Position numbers and translations under genes: made by a program. From an uncultured Acidobacteriota bacterium (GTDB lineage: Bacteria; Acidobacteriota; Thermoanaerobaculia; Multivoradales; UBA5704), in the NCBI GenBank assembly GCA_963770895.1, contig CAVYRF010000001.1, forward strand, positions 1,248,001 through 1,312,000: a stretch of 64,000 nt of DNA. The letters run 5' to 3'. Below are positions 47,975 through 56,876 of this stretch, piece after piece (the stretch's first letter is position 1; every line of letters starts with the position of its first letter). Below the pieces are notes generated by a model that did not search any database, had not been told where the DNA came from, and worked only from the letters and a program-made list of their open reading frames with translations.

Positions 47975-48790
47975 TCAGGGCTCGACGACTTGCAGCGGAT
48001 ATTCGCCGAGCGGTTCCGCCGCCGGCCCTGGCTCGGGACCGACGACCCGCAGCTGATAGGCACCCGGAGCCAGCTGGCGGCGGTTGAGGACCACCACCGC
48101 GACGCTTGCCTCGACCGCCGCGAAGTTGGCCTCCAGCGGGCGCCACGCGCGGTCGGCGGCCGGGTTGACGCTGTCGGCGCGCACCTGCAGGTGGATGCGG
48201 ACGTCCGGCACCTGTTGCGCCAGGTGCAGGATCAGGGTGGTGGTGACGGCGTCGGCGTGCACGATCGTCGCCGGCGGCGCTTCCGGACCGCGCAGGACCT
48301 GAGGCGGGTCCAGCTGGAGGAGATCTGCCTGCCGCGCGGCGGGTGGGCGGCCGAGCCTTGTCAGCCAGCCGGCCGCCGCCAGGATGGTCATCACGATCAG
48401 CGCCGCAGCCAGGTAGGGCACCAGCCCCAGCCGTGACGGACGCGCGCCGGGGAATCGCGCCACGGCCCGGCGGCCGGCTGGCGGGCCGCCGGCGGCGGGC
48501 GTGGCGGGCGCGGCGGGTACCCCCGGCGTCGCCGGGGCAGCGGGTGCCGCCGCTGCATCCTCCGGCGCCGCCAGAAAGCTGTCCAGGTCGAGCAGCAGGT
48601 GCGCGCAGTGGGGGCAGACCGCAAGATGATCCTGCAGCGCATCGGCGTCGTCGGCGGACAGCTCTCCCGCGTGATAGGCGATCAGCGCTTCGGGTTGCGC
48701 ATGGCGCTCGGCCCCCTGGCGCCGACGCTCTTCGGTCACCAGCCTGGCGAGCGTCGCCCGCACCTCGGAGTCTTTGTCCTGGTCGTTCAT
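47975..48790 (-). CDS. zf-HC2 anti-sigma factor, single TM
   Basis: L.AY..GEL...HLAVCPHC; TM; overlaps the sigma stop. Confidence 0.88.
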   Translation of the reverse strand: MNDQDKDSEVRATLARLVTEERRRQGAERHAQPEALIAYHAGELSADDADALQDHLAVCPHCAHLLLDLDSFLAAPEDAAAAPAAPATPGVPAAPATPAAGGPPAGRRAVARFPGARPSRLGLVPYLAAALIVMTILAAAGWLTRLGRPPAARQADLLQLDPPQVLRGPEAPPATIVHADAVTTTLILHLAQQVPDVRIHLQVRADSVNPAADRAWRPLEANFAAVEASVAVVVLNRRQLAPGAYQLRVVGPEPGPAAEPLGEYPLQVVEP

Positions 48791-49440
48791 GCATCACCTT
48801 CCATCTCGCCTGGCCGCTCGCTCAGCGTCATCTTGAGCCGTTTCTGGGCTTGGTGCAGGTGCGCCTTCACCGTTTCGATCGAAATGAGCAATATTTTCGA
48901 TATTTCGCGATACTTGAGATCTTGCAGGCGCAGGGTCACGCAGCGGCGCATCTGCGGCGGCAGCTGGCCCAGGGCGGAGCGCAGGCTTGCGCTCCGCTCC
49001 CGGTCCAGGGCCCCCTCCAGCGGACTGGGATCGGCCGACGCCAGCCAGCCCCGCGCGCCGGCGCGATTGCCGTGCCCGTCGTCGGCCTGGTCGTCGATCG
49101 ATTCCTCGAAGGCGTCACGCTTGGCGGCACCGCGCCGGCGCAGTTCGTTGCGATAGATGTTGATCATCATTTCGAACAGCCAGCTCATGAATCGAGACGG
49201 GTCACGCAGCGTCCCGATATTGGAGAAGACCCGAATGAACGTGTCTTGGGTGAGCTCCGCCGCTTCGTCGGTGGAAAAACCGCGCTTCGTATAGAAGCCG
49301 CGCACGCGGTGGCGGAACATCCGGTCGAGCTCTTCGCAGCCGCCCTGGTAGTCGATTCCCGCCTGGATCTGCTCCACCAGCACGCGCCAACGGTCGGCGG
49401 GCGCCGGCGCGGTCGTGCTCTGGCTGCGGTCCTGGTTCAT
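48787..49440 (-). CDS. ECF sigma-70 factor
   Basis: ELTQDTF, F.SWL, LPPQMR, Y.EI...S.ETVK.HL.QA. Confidence 0.92.
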   Translation of the reverse strand: MNQDRSQSTTAPAPADRWRVLVEQIQAGIDYQGGCEELDRMFRHRVRGFYTKRGFSTDEAAELTQDTFIRVFSNIGTLRDPSRFMSWLFEMMINIYRNELRRRGAAKRDAFEESIDDQADDGHGNRAGARGWLASADPSPLEGALDRERSASLRSALGQLPPQMRRCVTLRLQDLKYREISKILLISIETVKAHLHQAQKRLKMTLSERPGEMEGDA

Positions 49441-49508
49441 GGCTCTAAACAAAAGCCGGCACGCCGGTGTCTGGCAGGTTTGGCACCGTGGAAAGGAGTG
49501 TAGCGCAA

Positions 49509-50489
49509 ATGCCAGTCCAACCAACTTCAGGCGCCCGCCGCGCCCTGCTCATCGGCATCGATCGCTATGAAAACCTGCCGCCGGACAAACAGTTGACCGG
49601 CTGCGTCAACGACGCCGACGCTCTTGCCGGCCTGCTCACCGAGCGGTTCTGCTTTGCCGCCGGCAACGTCGAGCGCCTGCTCGACCGCGACGCGACGCGC
49701 GCCGGCATCCGCGCAGCGGTCGAGCGCCTGATCGAGCGCACCGCGGCCGGCGACGTGGTGGTGATCCATTACAGCGGCCACGGTTCGCAGAGCGTCGATC
49801 CCACCTCCCCTTCCGGCACGATCGAAACCATCGTGCCGTGCGACAGCGGCCGCAACGGCCACCCCAACCGCGATATTGCCGATCTCGAGGTCCGCCACTG
49901 GCTGCTGCGCCTGTGCGACCGCGGCAGTCATCTCACGCTGATCTTCGACAGCTGCCACTCCGGCCATATCCTGCGCGACGGCTTCGGCGCCCCCGAGCGC
50001 TGGGTGGCGCCGCACAGCCAGCCGGTGCAGCTGCCGCCGGAGGTGGTGGCTGCCCAGGGAGTGCCCGGCGCCAGTCGCGACGGGCGCGGCGGCGGTGACG
50101 GTGCCGGCGGGTTGCGGCTGCCGCTCGCCCAGTGCTACGTGCTGCTGGCGGCCTGCGCCAGCAAGGAGTCGGCTTTCGAAGTGGTCGGCCAGGATGCCGC
50201 CGGCGCGCGGCACGGCGCCTTCAGCTACTTTCTGTGCCAGGAGCTGGCGCAGGCCAGCGCGGTGACCACGTTCCGCGACGTCTTCGAGATCGTCGCGCCG
50301 CGGGTCAGCGCCCTCTACCCCAACCAGCATCCACAGCTGGAAGGGGCGCGCGACCAGCAGGTCTTCGGCCTCGATTCGTTCCCGCCGATGCTCGATGCGG
50401 CTGCTGCCCGGCTGAGCGCCGGCGCCATTCGACAGCCCGTGCGGCAGTCGGATAGCCTGCGGCCATGGCCTCGCGCTACAGCCGGGTGA
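49509..50489 (+). CDS. Caspase-family (C14, metacaspase-like) peptidase
   Basis: ALLIGID.Y, L.GCVND, YSGHG, DSCHSG, GAFS, Q.PQLEG. Confidence 0.92.
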   Translation: MPVQPTSGARRALLIGIDRYENLPPDKQLTGCVNDADALAGLLTERFCFAAGNVERLLDRDATRAGIRAAVERLIERTAAGDVVVIHYSGHGSQSVDPTSPSGTIETIVPCDSGRNGHPNRDIADLEVRHWLLRLCDRGSHLTLIFDSCHSGHILRDGFGAPERWVAPHSQPVQLPPEVVAAQGVPGASRDGRGGGDGAGGLRLPLAQCYVLLAACASKESAFEVVGQDAAGARHGAFSYFLCQELAQASAVTTFRDVFEIVAPRVSALYPNQHPQLEGARDQQVFGLDSFPPMLDAAAARLSAGAIRQPVRQSDSLRPWPRATAG

Positions 50490-51262
50490 TCGGCATCGTC
50501 GGCGGTCTGGGGCCGCACGCTCACATCGACTTCGAGCGGCGGCTGCTGGCGGCCGTGGCGGCGCCGAGCCGCGACCAGGACTATCCCGACTGGCTGCTTT
50601 CGGCGTGCAGCAGCACGCCGGACCGCACCGAGTCGCTGAGCGGCGGCGGTCCGTCGCCGGTGCCCGGCCTGGTGCAGAGCCTCACCCGGCTGGAGGGGCG
50701 CGCGGACTTCGCGGTGATCGTCTGCATCACGGCGCACGCCTTCCTCGATCAGCTGCGGCCGCGCGTCCAGATCCCCATTCTCGACGTCGTCGCCGCGACC
50801 TTTGCCCGCTGCCGGCCGGGCGACAGGGTGGGGCTGCTGGCGACGACGGGTACGCTCGACAGCGGCCTTTTCCAGCGCACGGCGCGGCGGGTCGAGGCGG
50901 GGCCGGAGGTGGTGTCGTTGCGCGACCTGCCGGCGGGCCGGGAGCTGCAGGAAGAGCTGGTCATGCGGCCGATCTACGGCCCGCTGCAAGGCGATGGTTC
51001 CCGTCTCGGCGGCGGTCTCAAGGTGGGCGGCGACCGCGACCCGCTGACCGGGGTGCCGCACCTGGCGACGCTGACGCGCGCCGCCGCGCTGCTGGCCGGC
51101 GCCGGCGCCGCGGCGGTGATCGCCGGCTGCACGGAGATCTCCCTGGTCTTTGGCGGCTGCGGCGGCACGGTCGCCGGGCTGCCGCTGCTCGACTGCATGG
51201 ACATCGCGGCGGGCGCCGCCCTGGGCATCGCGCGCGGCGACCTGCCGCTGCCGCCCGGCTGA
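50465..51262 (+). CDS. Aspartate/glutamate racemase family protein
   Basis: IGIVGGLGP, CITAH, GLLATTGT, AGCTE. Confidence 0.9.
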   Translation: MASRYSRVIGIVGGLGPHAHIDFERRLLAAVAAPSRDQDYPDWLLSACSSTPDRTESLSGGGPSPVPGLVQSLTRLEGRADFAVIVCITAHAFLDQLRPRVQIPILDVVAATFARCRPGDRVGLLATTGTLDSGLFQRTARRVEAGPEVVSLRDLPAGRELQEELVMRPIYGPLQGDGSRLGGGLKVGGDRDPLTGVPHLATLTRAAALLAGAGAAAVIAGCTEISLVFGGCGGTVAGLPLLDCMDIAAGAALGIARGDLPLPPG

Positions 51263-51437
51263 GGCCGGCGGCCGTCGCCCCGGCCGGGGGGCGGCTTGCC
51301 GGAGGCTCGGCTCGTGGACACCAGGCCGGCGCCCCCTGACGGCCTGACGGCGCAGATTTATGCACAAGGTACAGAGAGGTATAGAATTAGGTGCACTGGT
51401 TGTGTCCCGCCAGTCCACTCAAAGAGGACCGACGACC

Positions 51438-52772
51438 ATGGCAATCAACAAGATTGCGACGCTGCTGCTGTTGGGTACGCTGACCGCGGCCGGCATCGCG
51501 AAGGCTCAGGATCCACCTCCCTATCCCGGCGGCGACTCCGCCGCGCCGCCGCCGGCGGACCAGGCCAACCCGGCGCCGCCGCCGCCCGACGCGGGGGCGG
51601 CTGCCGACCCGGCCGCTGCCGGCATCGACTATTTCCACGGCCAGCTTTCGCCCTACGGCCAGTGGGTCATCCGGCCCGGCTACGGCGAGGTGTGGGTGCC
51701 CAACGTGACGGTCGGCTGGCGGCCCTACACCACCGGGCATTGGATCTACACCGACCAGGGGTGGGCCTGGGCCGCCGACGAGCCCTGGGGCTGGGCGCCC
51801 TTCCACTATGGGCGCTGGTATTACGACGCGCAGATCGGTTGGGGCTGGGTGCCGGGGTACACCTGGGCGCCGGCGTGGGTGGCCTGGCGCCACGGCGGCG
51901 GCTACCTGGGCTGGGCGGCGCTGCCGCCCTCGGTCGGCTTCAGGGTCGGCGTCGGTCTGGCCTTCGGCTCGGTGACCATCGGCACCGGCTACTACACCTT
52001 CTGCGGCGAGCGGGACATTCTGGCGCCGCACATCGGCGGCTTCATCGTGCCCAGCTCGCGCAACGTCACGTTCATCAACAACACCACCAACATCACCAAC
52101 TACACGGTGGTCAACAACCGCATCGTCAACGTCGGCATCCCCGGCGCGCAGGTGGCGCAGGTGGTCGGCCATCCGGTGCAGCCGGTCGCGGTCGCGTCGC
52201 TGACCTCCGCCGGCGCCGGGGGACGGGGAGCGTTCTACCAGCCGGCGATCATCGCCCGCGCGGCGCGGGCCACGCCCAATGAGTTTGGCCACGCCCTGAC
52301 GGCGCAGGTGGCGGTGCAGCAGCACAGCAGCTCCTGGGCGGCGCTCAAGTCGACCCCGGCCGGCGCCGGCCGCCTGACGGCGCGCAGCGCGACCGCCACG
52401 GCTCCCGGCGGTACGCATCCCGGCGCGACGCATCTCGGCGGCTCTCACCCCGCCGGCAGCACCGGCACCGGCAGCAGCACCGGCAACACCCACCACCGCA
52501 GCACGGGCGCCGGCGCCGGCACCGTCCCGCACAGCATTCCCGGTGCCGGTTCGCCCAACACTTCCAAGTCCACCGGCACGTCGCAGGGCACCAGCTCGAC
52601 CGGTCATGGCTCGACCGCCAGCAGCACCGGTTCGACGGGCGCGACAGGGTCCAACCGCTCGACCAGGGCGGGCACGCCGCCGCCGCAGGGCGCCAAGAGC
52701 TCGCCGCCGCCGCCCGGCAAGGGCCAGTCGTCGGCAAGCGAAAAGGGACACAAGCCGCCGCCCGCGGCCTGA
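51438..52772 (+). CDS. Secreted Trp/Gly-rich repeat protein (DUF6600/YXWGXW-like) with low-complexity tail
   Basis: LSPYGQW, WRPY..GHW, PWGWAPFHYGRW, WAPAWV. Confidence 0.85.
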   Translation: MAINKIATLLLLGTLTAAGIAKAQDPPPYPGGDSAAPPPADQANPAPPPPDAGAAADPAAAGIDYFHGQLSPYGQWVIRPGYGEVWVPNVTVGWRPYTTGHWIYTDQGWAWAADEPWGWAPFHYGRWYYDAQIGWGWVPGYTWAPAWVAWRHGGGYLGWAALPPSVGFRVGVGLAFGSVTIGTGYYTFCGERDILAPHIGGFIVPSSRNVTFINNTTNITNYTVVNNRIVNVGIPGAQVAQVVGHPVQPVAVASLTSAGAGGRGAFYQPAIIARAARATPNEFGHALTAQVAVQQHSSSWAALKSTPAGAGRLTARSATATAPGGTHPGATHLGGSHPAGSTGTGSSTGNTHHRSTGAGAGTVPHSIPGAGSPNTSKSTGTSQGTSSTGHGSTASSTGSTGATGSNRSTRAGTPPPQGAKSSPPPPGKGQSSASEKGHKPPPAA

Positions 52773-52857
52773 TCGCCCAGGGGTGCGCGCCGACGCGCCG
52801 CTGCCGTTGCCTCCACGCTCCGGCCGCACCCCGTCCTACCTTCTTTTCGTTGGTCTT

Positions 52858-53664
52858 CTAGAACAGGTGCGGGTTCCTGGATCGGTAGCGGCGGCTCCAG
52901 GTGAGCACGGTGCCGTTGCGCAGGATGACGCGGGCGTCGCCGTGAAACCAGGGTTGCAGCTCGCCGATGGCGTCCAGGCGCACCAGCTCCGAACGGTTGA
53001 TGCGCAAAAACTGGCTCGGGTCCAGGCGGGTTTCCATGTCCTGCAGGGTGCCGCGGCGGCGAAACTCGCCGCGCCCGGTGTGGACGCGCAGGTAGTTGCC
53101 CTCGGCGCGCACCAGGTCGATCTCGCCGGGGGCGACCAGGACCTGCCGATCCGGGTCGCGCTCCACCAGGATCTGGCGCGGGTACTCCGTCGCGGGGCGC
53201 ACGGCGGCCAGCAGGTGCTCGATACGCGCCGCCAGGTCGCCACCGCCGGGCTGGGCGCCGGGCGACCCGGCGTCGGAGGCGGGGTCGATGCTGGCGCCGG
53301 CGCCGGCCAGCTGGCGGCGCAGGCGGCCGGCCAGCTGTTCGAATCGCGACGGCGCGAAGGGCTTGAGCAGGTAGTCCAGGGCGTGGACCTCGAAGGCTCG
53401 CAGCGCATGCTGGTCGAAGGCGGTGACGAAGACCACCAGCGGCATCGCCGCGACCCCCACCTCCGCGATCACGCCGAAGCCGTCCAGGCGCGGCATCTGG
53501 ATGTCGAGGAACACCACGTCCGGCTTGACGCCGCGGATGGCCTCGACCGCCTGCACGCCGTCGGCGGCCTCCGCCGCCACTTCGAAGTCGCCCTCGCGGG
53601 CCAGCAGGCGGCGCAGCTTGCGGCGCGCCGGCAGCTCGTCGTCGGCGATCAGCGTCCGGATCAT
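52858..53664 (-). CDS. LytTR-family response regulator
   Basis: IADDE, FLDIQMP, TAFD, DYLLKP, F.RINRS. Confidence 0.93.
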   Translation of the reverse strand: MIRTLIADDELPARRKLRRLLAREGDFEVAAEAADGVQAVEAIRGVKPDVVFLDIQMPRLDGFGVIAEVGVAAMPLVVFVTAFDQHALRAFEVHALDYLLKPFAPSRFEQLAGRLRRQLAGAGASIDPASDAGSPGAQPGGGDLAARIEHLLAAVRPATEYPRQILVERDPDRQVLVAPGEIDLVRAEGNYLRVHTGRGEFRRRGTLQDMETRLDPSQFLRINRSELVRLDAIGELQPWFHGDARVILRNGTVLTWSRRYRSRNPHLF

Positions 53665-54983
53665 CGATCGCTGCCGTCGGGAGCGGCCGGGAGGCCGGCG
53701 GGGGCATGCGGCGCCGGGCGCGCCGGCACCGTGGCGCGCACCAGGAAGCCGCCCGCGGCGCCGCTGGCGGCGCGCCAGGTATGGCGGTCGCCGTATAGCA
53801 GCTGCAGGCGGCCGGCGGTGGCGGCCAGGCCGACGCCACCGCCCGTATCGGTCACCGGTGGCGCTCCTGGGCCGTCGTCCTCCACCTCCAGCGCCAGCTG
53901 CTCGGCCTCGCGGTGGGCGCGCACGACGATGCTGCCGCGGCCCTGGCGCTCGGCGTTGCCGTGGCGGATGGCGTTCTCCACCAGGGGCTGGAGAAACAGC
54001 GACGGCACCAGCAGGCGCTCCACCCCCGGTTCGATCTGCAGGCGGATGTCCAGGCGGTCGCCGAAGCGGGCGCGCTGGATGGCGACGTAGCGGCCCAGCA
54101 GCGCCAGCTCGTCGTCGAGCGGCACCTCGTCGGCGCGCGCGGTGGACAGCGACAGGCGCAGCAGCTCCGCCAGCTGCGCCAGCATCTCGTCGGCGGCGGC
54201 GGGATCGTCGTACATCGTCGCCGAGATGGTGTGCAACGCGTTGAACAGGAAGTGCGGCTGGAGCTGCAGCCGCAGGTTGTGCAGCTGCGCGCGGGCCAGG
54301 CTGGTTTCGACGCGGGCGATGCGCAGCTCGCGGGCGCGGGCGCGGTCGAGCGCCGCCAGGGCGTGCAGGCCGGCGGCCATCAGCACCAGCACCAGCAGCT
54401 CCAGGGGGAGCTCCATCACGTAGCGAAACGGCATGACGCCGTAGTCGAAGGCGCCCAGCCCGGCGAGCGGATACAGCACGCTGCGCAGCCCCCACATCAA
54501 CGACGTCGCCGCGGCGCCGCAGGCGACCATCGCCGCCGCGTACAGCGGCAACCGCCGCGCCCGCCGGCCCGGCGCCAGCGGCAGCCGGCGCACCAGCCAG
54601 CGCATGGGCAGGAGCATCAGGCCGACGGCAAACGCGCCGGTCGATTCGTTGATCAGTTGCGGCAGCGCCGGGCCCGGATGGCGCGAGGCGACGTCGGCCA
54701 GGTAGTGGTACAGAAAAAACACCAGGCCGACGACACCGACCGCCGCAAGCCACGTGGCGACGGCGAGCGGCAGGCCGCGCGCAAGCGGCATGCGCTCACC
54801 GGCCGGCGGCGGCAGCGCCGCCGCCGCCGCGACGTCGGCCGGCCGGCGCGGCAGCGTCGCCACCGCGACTCCGGGCAGTTGCGGCGCAACCGCCGCGACT
54901 TCGGGCGGGTCCGGCGTCGCCGCCGCGACCTGGGCAGGGCGGCGTGATGGCGGCGCGGGCGCCGGCTGAGGCAGGTCAGTCAT
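53661..54983 (-). CDS. LytS-family sensor histidine kinase
   Basis: QLQPHFLFNAL, LQPLVENAIRHG, EDDGPG, G.GL. Confidence 0.93.
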   Translation of the reverse strand: MTDLPQPAPAPPSRRPAQVAAATPDPPEVAAVAPQLPGVAVATLPRRPADVAAAAALPPPAGERMPLARGLPLAVATWLAAVGVVGLVFFLYHYLADVASRHPGPALPQLINESTGAFAVGLMLLPMRWLVRRLPLAPGRRARRLPLYAAAMVACGAAATSLMWGLRSVLYPLAGLGAFDYGVMPFRYVMELPLELLVLVLMAAGLHALAALDRARARELRIARVETSLARAQLHNLRLQLQPHFLFNALHTISATMYDDPAAADEMLAQLAELLRLSLSTARADEVPLDDELALLGRYVAIQRARFGDRLDIRLQIEPGVERLLVPSLFLQPLVENAIRHGNAERQGRGSIVVRAHREAEQLALEVEDDGPGAPPVTDTGGGVGLAATAGRLQLLYGDRHTWRAASGAAGGFLVRATVPARPAPHAPAGLPAAPDGSDR

Positions 54984-56640
54984 ATTTCTTCAGCTGCGGC
55001 CATTCGGTAGCCATCACGAAGCGCGGGCCGCGGCAGACGAAGACGTCGAAGTGCTGGTAGGGCATCGAGTAGGGGTGGTCGACGTGGCCGGCCAGCTCGA
55101 CGCTCCTGAACAGCTTCAGCAGCACCTCGCGGCGGTCGTCCAGGACGATCATGACGTCGCCAGTGTAGCCGCGCGGGCCCCACAGGAAGTAGGACAGGTG
55201 GCCGCTCAGCGCCGGCGGCAGGCCGAGCGCCGGCCCGAACAGGTCGATGGCGCCCGCCTGGCCGTAATTCTGGCCGAAGATGGCGGCACGCGCGCGGTCG
55301 CCGGCGGGCAGGGCGTCGTAGATGCGCGCCACCTCGCGCGCCATCTCCGGCCAGCCGAAGCGGTCCGCCATCAGCTGCGGCAGCGGCCCCAGGCGGTGGT
55401 TCTCGACGCGCGGCTGCGACAGGCCGATGGCAGCGGAGTAGCGGATCAGGGCTTCCGGCGGCAGCAGCGGCATGGCCAGCGGCGCCAGCGCCGCGCCGGC
55501 GAGCGCCAGCACCGCGACGTAGGCCGCCTTGGCGAAACGCCAGCGCGGAGCGGCCAGCCAGCGCTCGCAGGCGACCGCCCCCGCGGCGAGCAGCATGGGG
55601 TACGCCGGGGCGGGGTAGTAGGTGCGTCCGTTGAGCAGGAACATCTCGGCCAGCACCCCCAGGTAGGTCAACCCGAGCACCCGGTAGCGCCGCCCCTGGC
55701 GGTCGGCGAGCAGCCAGCCCAGGCCGCCCGCCCATAGCGGCAGCGCCAGCGGGTTGAGCACCAGCACCTGCTCGGCCATGAAGCGCAGCGGCCCCAGCTG
55801 CGTGTCGCGGCCGTCGCGCTTGATGTTGGCGAGCTGCTCGAGATGCGGGAAATGATGCGCCACCACCCACACCGCGTACGGCAGCACCAGCAGACCGGCG
55901 GCGCCGGCCCCCAGCCACAGCCAGCGGGACGCCAGCGCCCGCCGCTCGCGCGTCAGCAGCAGGGCGGCGGCCAGCGGCACGGCAAAGAACAGCATCGACT
56001 CCTTGTTGAGCAGGCCCAGGCCGGCGACCACACCGAACAGCAGCCATAGCCGTTCGGCCCGCTGCCGCTCCGCCGCCTCCACCGGGCGCAGGATGCGGAT
56101 CACGATCCAGGCGCTGCAGCTCCAGAACAGCTGGTCGAGCGCGTTCATCGTGTGGATGCTGTGCAGGGTCAGCCAGATCGGCGCCGTGATCACCGCCAGC
56201 GCGGCCAGCCCCTGCGCGAACCGGCGCCCGCCCAGGTCGCGCGCCATCAACCCGGTCACCACCACCAGCGCGGCGCCGGCCAGGGCCGGCATCAGGCGGA
56301 TCGCCGGCAGCGTCTGGCCGCAGACGATGCGCACCACCGCGGTCAGCGCCGGAAACAGCGGCGGCATGTCGACAAATCCCCACGCCAGGTGCCGCGAACA
56401 GGCCAGGTAGTACAGCTCGTCGACAAAAAACCCGTAGCCGAACAGGCCGGTCGTGGCCAGGTGCAGCACCAGCTTGAACCCGGCCAGCGCCAGCACCACG
56501 CCCAGACCGCCGGCCAACGCCACCCGCCGCCTCGCGACCCTGGCGGCCGCGGGCTGGGAAAGGTTGAAACTCGCGGAATCCGCCGGCGCGCCTTCCGGAG
56601 CCGCGGCGGCGGGTGCGATGATCGATGCGTTCACGCTCAT
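54980..56640 (-). CDS. GT39/ArnT-like membrane glycosyltransferase
   Basis: YGFFVDELYY, LAWGFVD.PP, many TMs, NYGQAGA. Confidence 0.88.
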
Positions 56641-56876
56641 GATTGTCTCCTCCGGCGCCACCAGCGCGCCACCCTGCGATGCCGCCAGCATGCCCCGCGG
56701 CAGCGGCGCGCACCAACCGCCCCGGGACCAGCGGGACCGCGGCGGGACGAGCGGGAGCAGGAGCGAGGTGGACGTACGCGCAGCGACGTTGGGATTGCTT
56801 CGCGGCCGTGGCCTCGCCATGTGTGGGCCGCGGCGGCCGGCCCGGAGGGTGGCGCGGTTGGGAGGGGTGAGCTCTT

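Noticed and set aside
54820-54960. Ala/Pro repeats at the LytS N-terminus
   Set aside because: Low-complexity linker typical of this genome; the true start may be further downstream.
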